DNA of 62,897 nt, counting the filler, from Aduncisulcus paluster (Eukaryota), in assembly GCA_024181965.1 (NCBI GenBank). It is 10 parts of 10 records of this genome, joined end to end, with 100 filler letters (N's around TTAATTAATTAA, not from the genome) between each part and the next. Parts side by side here need not be neighbours in the genome. Positions count along the whole stretch, not along the records: positions 31,296 to 50,142 come from BQXS01011364.1; positions 50,243 to 54,799 come from BQXS01011366.1; positions 54,900 to 59,383 come from BQXS01011367.1; 7 more parts are not named here. The stretch is one strand, 5' to 3'. This document shows positions 44,901 through 55,670 of the stretch, one piece after another. How positions within the stretch are numbered: position 1 is the stretch's first letter; the number at the start of each line of letters is the position of its first letter. The position numbers and the translations under genes are program-made. The notes under the pieces are model-generated. The model ran no database searches. It was not told the origin of the DNA and saw nothing but the letters and a program-made list of their open reading frames with translations.

Positions 44901-47434
44901 CTGGAGATGTTGGTGCCGAGGAAGCCATCGTGACTGCCGATGCCCTTGATTTCCGTGGTGTTGGAGAGTTTTGTGCACCAAGAGACCCTCATCTCGCCTT
45001 TGTGGCCTTCTCTCGTGCTGGCTCCGATTGTGAGGATGAACTCCTTTCTATTGCCTCCAAGGGTGAGCTCTTCAAGGAGCTTGCTCATCATGCTATCGTT
45101 GCCCAAAGCGAGGAACTCTGGCGTAAGATCTTATCTGGAACTCACATTACCGCCTCTTCTCCTATCCCGACTGAAGATGACATGGACGAGCTTATGGACG
45201 GTCTTGTCGATGAAGATGAAGAGAAGGGAGAGGCTGAGCAGAAGAACACTGAAGATCCCCAAGATGACAGTGTATCCACCAAGCTTCGTGACAGTGTTGT
45301 TGCCGAGATTAAGAAGCAACTTCCCCTCTGTGAGAAGATTGAAGAGGTTTCTGGAACCATCCGTGCCTTTGATGCTGCCAACTTGACCAAGGAACTCATC
45401 AATGTTCTAGAGTGTGTGATCTTTGGTGAGTCTTTGTTCAGCAACAACACTTTCCTCCAGAACCTTCTCATTCTCAACTCCATCCAGGATATGCCCGAAC
45501 GTGTGAGCAAGTATGTCAGTGAATTGTCTGACTACGAGGGAAGAGAAGTGGCTGAGAGTGCTGTTGCAAGTGAGTTGAATGAAGAAGCCCTCATTGTCTA
45601 CAAGAAGTTCAACCTCCATGTCGAAGCTCTTGATGTCCTTGTTGATCACATCAGAGACATGGACAGGGCTGAAGAGTACGCTCAACTCCATGATGTTCCC
45701 GAAGTATGGTCTCGTCTGGCTCACTCTCTTCTTCGTATGGGTCGTATCGAGGATGGTATCAAGGCCTTTGTTCGTGCTGAAGATCCCACTGCCCATCCCT
45801 TCGTTATTCGTGCCGCTGAAGAGAGCAACAACCTTGCTGCCCTTGTTCCATTCCTTGAGATGGCCCGTAGTAAGGCTCCTGAACCCGCCATTGACACTTC
45901 TCTTGTCTTCGCTCTTGCCAAGCTTGATCGTCTTGGAGACATGGAGGATCTTATTGTTGGAGGTACTTGCTGTGCCAATCTCTCACATGCAGGACAGAAA
46001 TGTTATCAAAACGAGCTATATCGTGCTGGTCTCTTGATCTTCCGTGCCATCAGTGACTATGGTTCCGTTGCTGCTTGCCACTTGAAGCTTCGTAACTTCA
46101 TTGAAGCAATCGAGGCTGCTCGTATGGCTAACAATGTCCGTGTCTGGGGCGAGGTCATGCGTGTCTGCGTCGATGCTGGTGAGTTCAGACTTGCCAAGAC
46201 TGCTGGTATAAATGTTATTCTTATCCCTGAGGAGATTGACTCCTGCATCTCTTTCTATTTGTCACGTGGTCATGTCGAACATCTCATTGAGCTCTTAGAA
46301 ATGGGAACTACGCACGAAAAGGCTCACATTAGGCTCTTCACTGAACTTGGTGTCCTTTACAGTAAGTACAGTGCCGACAATATGATGGAGTTCGTCAAGC
46401 GTTTCATTAAGAGATGTGACGTCGATCGTATTGCTCGTGCTTGCCAACGTGCTCATTTGTGGGCTGTTCTCGTCTTTGTCAAGCTTGAGAGCGGTAACCT
46501 TGACGATTGTTTGAACATTATGATGGCTCAATCCTCCTCTGCTTGGGATCACTCACACTTCATGAACATTATCGCTCACGTGTCCACCCTTGATGTTCTA
46601 TTGCGTGCTATTGATTTCTATGTTAATCAACAGCCACAGTTGCTCAATGAACTCCTTGTAACACTTGGAGAGAATGAGCATATTGACGTCGGTCAGATTG
46701 TGTCTCGTATCAGACGTAATGAGGCTGGGTTCCTTGCCTTGAATTGGCTTGAGGAACGTCAGAAGATGGAAGATGTCGAATGTATTAATGCACTCCTCCA
46801 CAACCTTTACATTGATAACTTTGACCACGTGTCATTAACCCACTCTGTGAGATCCGTTGCCAACTTTGACGTTGTTCAACTTGCTACTCGTCTCTCCAAA
46901 CACGAGTACCTTGTGTTCAGACGTGTATCTACGGAACTCTTCCGTCGTGCCGAAAAATGGGGAATTGCCATTTCCTTGGCCAAGAAAGACAGAGTATACG
47001 GTGACGCCATTGAAGCCGTCAAGCTCAGCCGTGACGGTGAGATGGCTGAAGAGCTTCTCACTTGGTTCCTTGAGAGTGAAGACTTTGCTGAAGCTGCGAC
47101 AGAAGAGACCGAGGAAGAGGACAAAGAGTTCGATGCTGTCAAGCAACAGCGCCACGAATGTTTCTCTGCTACCTTGTTCAGATGCTCTGACTTTATTAGA
47201 CCTGATATTGTTCTCTGTCTTGCTTGGAAACACCACATTTCCGACTATGCAATGCCATTCATGATACAGACTGTTCGCACATACAGCACCATTGTTGATG
47301 AGCTCCAGAAACGTGTGGCTGTCCTCGAACGTGGAAACGTTGGTAGTGTCGCTTCGAGTGAAGAAGAGGATGCCGCTATGGCTGAGGCTATGGAGGCTGT
47401 CCATGATGATGTTTATGACAATGCTTTTGAGTAA
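41962..47434 (+). CDS. CLTC: Clathrin heavy chain (one gene; apparent split caused by 43842-44098 duplicated at 44119-44375)
   Basis: SPGTTLR, KITCSEELGD, PLIVLCDRFD, CEKRNKL, LQNLLIL, FTELGVLYSKY, DYAMPFMIQ. Confidence 0.97.
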
Positions 47435-48043
47435 TAGGTAATTTTGAATAAAAACAATGAAAGTTAAATAACCTTTTTATAACGTTAATTGATGATTAAT
47501 ACTTTTTTTCCGCTGGTTATGGTTATTTTGCTGTTTTGTTACAATATTCAATAAGTTCAGAGATTTTCGTAAATAATTTAGATTTAAAAGTTAATGTACA
47601 TATGTTATATGAGTTACCTATTCAAGATGCATAAGTAATTATGTATTTATGATGATTGATTTTTTTTACGCTTAAATCAATTGAAATCGGCATTATTGGG
47701 TGTCTTATTGCCTTGTAATTTGCCTTTAAATTTATGAAAATATTCTGATTGATCGTAGTAACAGGTCAAGACGGTGCAAATGAGGTCAATCATCCTCATG
47801 TTTGAAATCCTATCCATCTTTCTAAGAAACTGATTTATTTGATGATTCATATTATTTGGAAAGATTGAAGATATTCAGATCACTCGTGAGAATGGTACTT
47901 CAACAAGATACAGAATTTGGGATTTTTGAGACCATTCATCTTTGTGGATGGCTGGATTATCTTACAAAATCACACATTGATTCAATGTAAAACTGATTTA
48001 GTCTTCTCGACTAATCCGACCCCCTCCTGCCTTTAATTTCTCA

Positions 48044-50140
48044 TTATCCTAAAAATAGAACCTCAACTCCTGCTCCAGACTGTTCGATGCTGTCATAGAC
48101 TGATTGTCTCAAGTGTCTTTCATCTTCAACAGGCATTGATATTGTCATATGTCGTGGAGCAGTATATAGCATTAGAGAAGAATGATTGATGGAGTCTTTC
48201 TCAATGAAGAGCTTGCTTTCATCTGGCTTACAACTTTCTTCGGCGTCCCTTTGCTTTTTTGGGATTTCACAGCAGATCTGGCCTCGAACACATATTTTTG
48301 TTTTGTGCTGAATTGCTACACCCGTTATCACGTTAACGAGGGAGAAATCCAAGAAGAAATGTGTTCCTTTCAAAGATTTAGTAAATTCCATCACAGAACA
48401 TATCCGGGAAACATACTCATATTCACCAGAATCTGGAGAAATCGATGTTTCAAGCACAGGGATCATGGAAACCATGGGAACAGAGGAGATTAGCGGAATG
48501 AAGAATTTTCTTGAAACATATGCGGCAACATTGGAAACATAACGATCGTAATCTGGTTGCTGAGTGGCCTTGTTATCCCAAATCCATTTCATGCTATCGT
48601 CAAACTTGGGAGAGAGAAATGGAATGATCGATGGGTCAGAAGAAAGCATTGAAATGAGACGAAACCATTGTGAACAACTGTGGACATAATCTTTATCCTT
48701 ATGATACTCATACCAAGGAATTAACACATCTTTGACATTGGTGTAGATCTCAGGAATACGGGCAGAATCACAACACAAATTGGCAAAGAATCCAAACACA
48801 TTGTAGTGAGTGAAATCACGGTGGTGTCTTCGAAATGTCCTCATGACAACACTGAACAATGGCCAGGCCTCAGAAGCTAACCGAGCGTTTGGAGGCCCAT
48901 AGTTGGAAGAAAGTGTCATGAAATACAACATATTTATAAGACCCTTTTGAATGAAGATATTGTCAAACCTTCTAAAAAATTTGGCAACAAAGGGTTGAAA
49001 CAGAGAGAGTATTGACGATTTTGTAGAAATGTCGAGTAAAAACACGGCAAGATTGAGAATTCTGACGATAAATTGTTCAATATTTTCCCCAATAAGTTTC
49101 CCCGTGACGATTTCTATGAAGATTCGGGATAAATTAGAATGAATCTTTCCAAAGAAATGTTCACAGGAATGAAAATGATTTTGTGAATAACGCCAACATA
49201 AGATACAAAACTCGTGATCAATCAAACTACCAGGAAGAACAGTTCCAAATCGTGAAATATCGTCAATGAAGGTATCAAACAAATCGTTATAATCATCCTC
49301 GGGGAGTAACACTTGTGACTGAACCTTATGTGGGTATTTACGGAAGATGGAAGGTTGCAGAAAACACGATAGACACTGACAACAATAGAAAATCTCGGTT
49401 TGATTGGATTCAATTTGTGAATTTGTTTTCAAACTCTGGAATAGAGCTTTGATTCGTCCTTTGTAATTATTGTACAGTGTAGAAATAGACTGCGAATTGG
49501 GACATTTGTAGATAATTTCTTTCAGTAACTTGTTCCAAGGTTGGATCTTATTGGAAATTTCAGATGAAGAGCAATGAGCAAGATAACAACAATAATGCAC
49601 ACTTGTCGCACACATCTTTCCATTTAGTTTGCACCATTTCATCTTGGCATCAAATTTAGAAGAGAGTTTTGGAACAAGAGATGGAACGCTGGAGAAATTC
49701 GTGATAAGGCGAGACCAAAATTCAATCCCCCATTTAGATTGTTTCCTTTGATATAGCTCGAACCAAGGGTCAAGAAACCCCTCACACTGTTCATAGACTT
49801 CAATGGTCTGTGAAGGAATGGAACTCAGATTGGAGAAGAAAAGCAGAATAAGAAAATCATATTGGAATTCATTTCCTTTTGCAAATATTTCAGGTAAAAT
49901 ATCAGTCACAGGTTCGAACAAACTCCAGGCATCAGCACATAATGTTAGATTAGGATTATCGTCTTTATCTGGAAATTCAGTCATGTTAGATAACAGAACA
50001 ATCCACATATCCATGCATGTCGGGTCATTATATATGGAGAGCCATTCTCTGACGTGAGGTTTGATAAGGGTGAGAATGGACAATTTTACAGATTGATCCT
50101 TTAAGCTGGAAATATTTCGAAGCGTTCTTAACATGTTAAC
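48044..50140 (-). CDS. Lineage-specific helical-module protein (about 1.5 copies visible) ending in a partial beta module; 5' truncated
   Basis: SILTLIKP, FFSNL, WGIEFWSRLI, PKFD..MKW shared with the 481-3489 C-terminus. Confidence 0.8.
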   Translation of the reverse strand, partial: VNMLRTLRNISSLKDQSVKLSILTLIKPHVREWLSIYNDPTCMDMWIVLLSNMTEFPDKDDNPNLTLCADAWSLFEPVTDILPEIFAKGNEFQYDFLILLFFSNLSSIPSQTIEVYEQCEGFLDPWFELYQRKQSKWGIEFWSRLITNFSSVPSLVPKLSSKFDAKMKWCKLNGKMCATSVHYCCYLAHCSSSEISNKIQPWNKLLKEIIYKCPNSQSISTLYNNYKGRIKALFQSLKTNSQIESNQTEIFYCCQCLSCFLQPSIFRKYPHKVQSQVLLPEDDYNDLFDTFIDDISRFGTVLPGSLIDHEFCILCWRYSQNHFHSCEHFFGKIHSNLSRIFIEIVTGKLIGENIEQFIVRILNLAVFLLDISTKSSILSLFQPFVAKFFRRFDNIFIQKGLINMLYFMTLSSNYGPPNARLASEAWPLFSVVMRTFRRHHRDFTHYNVFGFFANLCCDSARIPEIYTNVKDVLIPWYEYHKDKDYVHSCSQWFRLISMLSSDPSIIPFLSPKFDDSMKWIWDNKATQQPDYDRYVSNVAAYVSRKFFIPLISSVPMVSMIPVLETSISPDSGEYEYVSRICSVMEFTKSLKGTHFFLDFSLVNVITGVAIQHKTKICVRGQICCEIPKKQRDAEESCKPDESKLFIEKDSINHSSLMLYTAPRHMTISMPVEDERHLRQSVYDSIEQSGAGVEVLFLG

Positions 50141-50242
50141 ACNNNNNNNNNNNNNNNNNNNNNNNNNNNNNNNNNNNNNNNNNNNNTTAATTAATTAANN
50201 NNNNNNNNNNNNNNNNNNNNNNNNNNNNNNNNNNNNNNNNNN

Positions 50243-51283
50243 AATACGAAGGGGCACCCCTTTCATCTCCCAATGGAAGAATTTGGCACCGGGCTTCTGA
50301 TCTGACCTGTCAAGAGTTGCACGAATACCGGCCTCCTGGAGATCTTTCATAATCTCTTCACAACGAGCAAAGACAACCTCAGAGTCCTTCTTCTTCATGA
50401 TAATTGGAACAACAACGACCTGATAACGAGCAATGGCTGGAGGGAGGATGAAACCAGTGTCGTCACCATGGACAGCAAGAGTGGCAGCAAGGAGACGGGT
50501 ACTAACACCATAGCAGGTCATCCACACATGCTGGAACTCATTCTTTTCATCTAAATACTTGATATCACATGCCTTGGCGAATTTCTGACCAAGGTAGTGG
50601 GCACCGACAGTCTGCAAAACACGACCGCATGGCATAATTGTATCCATAACCTCACTGCACTCTCCACCTCCGAAACGATCCCAATCAGGTCTAGTCAAGA
50701 TAAGTCCAGTAAAACCAAGAGTTTCTTCGATAACGCGTTTGTAACCAACCCAGGCCATCCGAAGGTTCTCGAGAGCATCCTCTCTGGTGGCGTGGCATGT
50801 GTGGGCTTCATTCCAGGGAATTTCACGAACACGGATCAAGGGACGTGTGTTTTTGGTCTCATGACGATAAACGGAACATGTTTGGTGAACCTTAAGAGGA
50901 AGATCCCGGAAAGAACGAACCCAAAGGCTGAACATATTGTACATGGCTGTTTCAGATGTAGGACGGAGAGCAAGAGGAACATCAAGGTCTTTATCGCCTC
51001 CTTTGGTCGTCCAGAAACATTCGGCTTTAAAACCTTCAATATGACTCTCCTCTTGACGGAGATAAAATTCAGGAATGCAAAGAGGGAATTGAACTTTCTC
51101 AATACCTTGAAGAGTCCATTGTTTCTCGATTAGTTCCATAATCGAAGAGTGAAGGAACCAACCATATGGACGCCATACGGGCATCCCTTTAACGGGATAC
51201 CTTTTATCAACCACTTCACCGGCTTCCAGCATGGTTTCGTACCAAGCTGCAAATTGGTCTTCCTTGGAGATGGGACTGCTCAT
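50243..51283 (-). CDS. proS: Prolyl-tRNA synthetase, archaeal/Giardia type, 3' truncated
   Basis: DKRYPVKG, LRPTSET, YRHETKNTRPLIRVREI, HYLGQKF, CYGVSTR, GVPLRI; ATG at 51283. Confidence 0.97.
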
Positions 51284-51769
51284 TTCGAAGAAAAGAAAGG
51301 ATATTCCTTCAATCATCATTCAACACATGAATAGTCATGAATAGTTCGGGATAGTGGGGAGAAATCATAAGACTCAATTATGTGTTTATTAATAAATGCA
51401 TATTATATACAAAAAATTCTGGGGTCCTGCGTTAGAAATGTAAGTGCGTTTTCTTGTCATTCAAAAGCATTTTAAATATGAAAATAGTTTCTAATCATCA
51501 TGTACATCTTATCTAAAAAATTAAATTGGTAGATTAAGCCTGAACATTTAAATCCGTTCTCTACAATAAGTTTTGTGATTAATGGTATTTATTCATTGCT
51601 CACACATCAATATATAAAAATCTCTTTCACAATTCAAAATTGCAGTTAAAATCTGAATATCTTCGACTGGGGTCTTCTATTGTCGTTCACCGATGAAAGT
51701 TGTTCTTTACATTATTCCAAAGCTCGATAATGGAATGCCACTTATTTATTTATTTAAATTTATTTGTAG

Positions 51770-51948
51770 GTATCATGTTTAAAACCCCGTTTTGTCCTTT
51801 CATACGAGAATACTTTCCCTATGCTTCATTCTCACTTGGCATTGTGTACAAAGAAAGAGAAGACCCAGTCATTCGGTATGGCGCTGGGCTTGCTTTTGAA
51901 TATGGAGAAGGGTTTGAGCATGAACGTGACTCTGATTTGTACCTTTGA
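51770..51948 (+). CDS. Possible terminal exon of a small spliced gene
   Basis: TTTGTAG acceptor then a GC-raised open frame; GTAAGT donor at 51440. Confidence 0.3.
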
Positions 51949-52246
51949 AGCGAAATATGGAAGTGGATGCCAACAATCAATAAACTCACACAAAACCAAG
52001 AAATACATAAATACAGCATTTTGATTTTATTCAATCGGTTTTTAAATCGATTCGATACATTAGTTTCACGGAGATACTAATTTGTTTGCTGTATCTCTCC
52101 GTATTACAAGAATTTCGGGTATCTATTTCGTTATTAACTCATAAAATCATTTGTTTGATTACGAAATCATCCATTTTTTAATATTAATTTCTTAAACAGA
52201 TTTTCTTCTATTGAAATGATATTCTGGTGCGAATATCGCAAGATAT

Positions 52247-54799
52247 ATGGTGAAGTTTCAAATTTTTAAACTTATTAGGTATGTTCTTACTCGTTTTTGA
52301 AATAATTTTTTTTCGATCTGGCTTATTTATCTTTTTTTTTTCTTTTCCATCTACTATTCAGTGGTTTTGATTTGTTTGAGGAGATAAAAATCTTGAAATT
52401 GGTCAAATCCAAAGATAGGGCTCATAAAGCAATTGTGGAAGGGTTACGTGAACCTTTACGTGGGTTGGAATGGTTGGGGTTTCTCGGAGTACTTGGAGAA
52501 GATTCTGGCCATTGGCCCAACGAAATTAAATTTATTACTGATCAATTTTTATCTCATAAATCTCTTGAAAAATCATTGAAGCCTACTCGCAATCTTATAG
52601 CTGATAATCCTCTTGCTGCATGTGAAGGGGGGGTTTGGGATTTTAAGTTTGAAAAGGCCGAAGCAGAGCAAGATATTACAATTGATCTTGAACGTTTGTT
52701 TCCAGAAATTGACTTTTTCCGTCAAGGTTATGTCCAATCAGATTTGCTTAAAATCTTGCGGGCCTGGGCTTTGGATCATAAAGCTCAAGGTTATCGTCAA
52801 GGAATGCATGAAATTGCAGCTGTTTTTTATCTTATTCTTGATATTATGCGTCTCGGCGCTGAAAAATGGATTACCAGTGCTTCTAGTGACTTAAAATCTC
52901 AAATCTCGGAGTACATTCCCATTTTCACATCTGATTGTGTGTGTGCTCTGACTCACGCCGCTCTAACGTGCATATTGAATGTCACTGGTGTTTGGTTTGG
53001 TCTTAAGAACCCTACCCCTGGATCCTCTCAGCGTTCCACCCCATCTATGACTCCATCACACACTCCAGGAACCCATACTCCTCTTTCAGGCGGTTTTGAT
53101 GTTTCTTCAACTCTTCTGGCATCTTCCTCGGCTGTGGATTCTTCTTCTTCGCGTCTCCCACCGGCTACACGTGTTCCTACCCTTTCTGCTGCTCAAATGG
53201 CTGAAGCTATGCTCTCTTCCTTGCTATCTATTCATGATCCTGCTCTNNNNNNNNNNNNNNNNNNNNGGAGTACATTCCCATTTTCACATCTGATTGTGTG
53301 TGTGCTCTGACTCACGCCGCTCTAACGTGCATATTGAATGTCACTGGTGTTTGGTTTGGTCTTAAGAACCCTACCCCTGGATCCTCTCAGCGTTCCACCC
53401 CATCTATGACTCCATCCCACACTCCAGGAACCCATACTCCTCTTTCAGGCGGTTTTGATGTTTCTTCAACTCTTCTGGCATCTTCCTCGGCTGTGGATTC
53501 TTCTTCTTCGCGTCTCCCACCGGCTACACGTGTTCCTACCCTTTCTGCTGCTCAAATGGCTGAAGCTATGCTCTCTTCCTTGCTATCTATTCATGATCCT
53601 GCTCTAAACAGGATCATAACGAAGATTTCTGGGCCTGTTATCGTTGTTCTTAGATGGGTACGTCTCTTGTGGGGTCGTGAATGGGCCATCGATTCTGTAT
53701 TCAGACTATGGGATGTTTTATTTGGCCATAGTTATATGAGCGAAATAGCTCAGGGAAGCAAAACTGGTGGAATTGGAAACAGTTCCAAACCCCGTCCTCC
53801 TCCAGCTCTCTCCCATGTCTGCCCACCCCTCTCCCTCATCCCATCAATTGTCCTTGCCTCCTTTAGATTGATGAGAACAGATATCCTGCCACCTCATCAG
53901 GAAGGTGAAGCTATACAGAGGATCATGGGTCCCATTGGGAAACCAAGTGAGTTGTATGGAAGTCAACAGGGTGGTGGATATTATGTGGTTCCTGTTGAAA
54001 AGGTTATCCAGGATGCTCTAATTCATATCCGGTATGGAGTTGCAGAGAGGAGGAAGAAAGAAGAGGAGGAGAGGAAGAAGAGAGCTATGTTGGAAGCAGA
54101 GCGAAGGAAAGAAGAAGAGAGGAGGATCAGGGATATGCAATCTGCAGAACAAGATGATTTGAATGCTCTTGCATCTGCACCTGTCTTCTTTGATCCTTTG
54201 TCCTCATCAACATCACATCCTTCGGTTCCCCAACAGTCTACCTCTACTCGTTCTGAGACTCCCTTATCGTCTGCAACCTCTCCTTTATCGTTTAGTTCAG
54301 GGGCTTCTTCCACTTCTTCTGGAGGTGCTGTTCGTGGTAGTGGGTCTGCAAGTGGATATCCTGGACCAGTCACGAGCAGTTATGGAAATGCCCAAGGTGG
54401 ACAAGATGCATATCATGGGAGTTATCCAGCCATGACCACGGCCACTTCTTCTGCTCCCGTGTTCCATGATGCTTTGTCTGGATCCGTGTCTCCTGATTAT
54501 CTTCATTCTCTAACACAGAAACCCCACAACTCATACACATTACCACCACAACCAAAGAAAAAGAAGGAAAGTGGATGGAAAACTTTTATTAATTCCTTTA
54601 AATCGAAGCCTAAACAGGCCCAACCAACAGTGCAGAGTTATGATGTTCCTTCCCAACAAGGTTATAAAATTCGCCAGCTTCAAACCAATACAATCACTTC
54701 TTCTCAATCTATTTCTGGAACATCGGTGTCATCAACTGCTTATAATGATCCCCTATCTTCAAGCATAGTTACAACTACCCCTCCCCTTTCTCCTTCTCC
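52247..54799 (+). CDS. TBC1D5: TBC-domain Rab GAP, TBC1D5-like; intron 52279-52361; 3' truncated
   Basis: IDLERLFPE, YRQGMHE, LRWVRLLWGREW; GTATGT...CAG intron joins MVKFQIFKLIS in frame; 52908-53246 duplicated after N gap. Confidence 0.8.
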
Positions 54800-54900
54800 N
54801 NNNNNNNNNNNNNNNNNNNNNNNNNNNNNNNNNNNNNNNNNNNTTAATTAATTAANNNNNNNNNNNNNNNNNNNNNNNNNNNNNNNNNNNNNNNNNNNNT

Positions 54901-54972
54901 GAATCATTCACTCACGATGACATGGCCGAATACGAGCGAGTTATCTCTGTTCTCAGATCAAAAATAATGTAA
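54901..54972 (+). CDS. 3' end of an unknown gene at contig start
   Basis: ESFTHDDMAEYERVISVLRSKIM* followed by AT-rich UTR-like sequence. Confidence 0.4.
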   Translation, partial: ESFTHDDMAEYERVISVLRSKIM

Positions 54973-55670
54973 ATATACAGATTTATTGAGAGAACAATAT
55001 TAATTATATATTAATTAGTGTCAATGAAACGAGTACCATGACTATGATAGTCAGACTATCTCACAGCTGGATATGAATGAAGATAAGGTCCAATGGTAGC
55101 CCATTGGTTCTGTTTTCAAGGAATATAATAATCCTTTCTTCTCTCAACAAATCCTCTCGGCCAAGTCTTGAAGAATGCAAAGAAAGATCCAAAAAGAAAG
55201 AATCCACCGACTATTTCATGAAAGAAATGGGGCGGACTCTTTGGGAATAGAAATAATTTTGTCTTGGACAATATTTTTGTGCCACAATATTACCAGTGGT
55301 AAGAGCCTTTCTGGAGGGAAGTTCCCTGGTTCACTAATGCAATATTATTTATATATTTTATTTATTTCCAATGAAAATAATCACGAATTACCATTAATTC
55401 TCCTCCAAATCTCTCCTGAATTCCCCTGCTAGTCAAAAAGGGCTTTTTTGCTGGATCTTGACATATTTACAACAAAGAAAGTCTAAAAATGGGAATGATA
55501 GTAAAATAAAAATGAATATTTTAAATTTAGATAGTGTCATGTACTACGGATGGATAGTATCCACTAAATATTCGAATTTCGCTGCTTAGCAAAAGAAAAT
55601 TTGGAAAGGATATATAGCCTTTCGTATACTTCTATAATACTTGGCTATTTCTGACTTGAACTCAAATATT

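Noticed and set aside
42652-47404. Long antisense and alternative-frame ORFs over clathrin and other genes
   Set aside because: Expected from codon bias; no motifs
55030-55490. Possible small spliced minus-strand gene (...GGFFLFGSFFAFFKTWPRGF...)
   Set aside because: Several incompatible exon chains and no start-to-stop model; unresolved without RNA-seq
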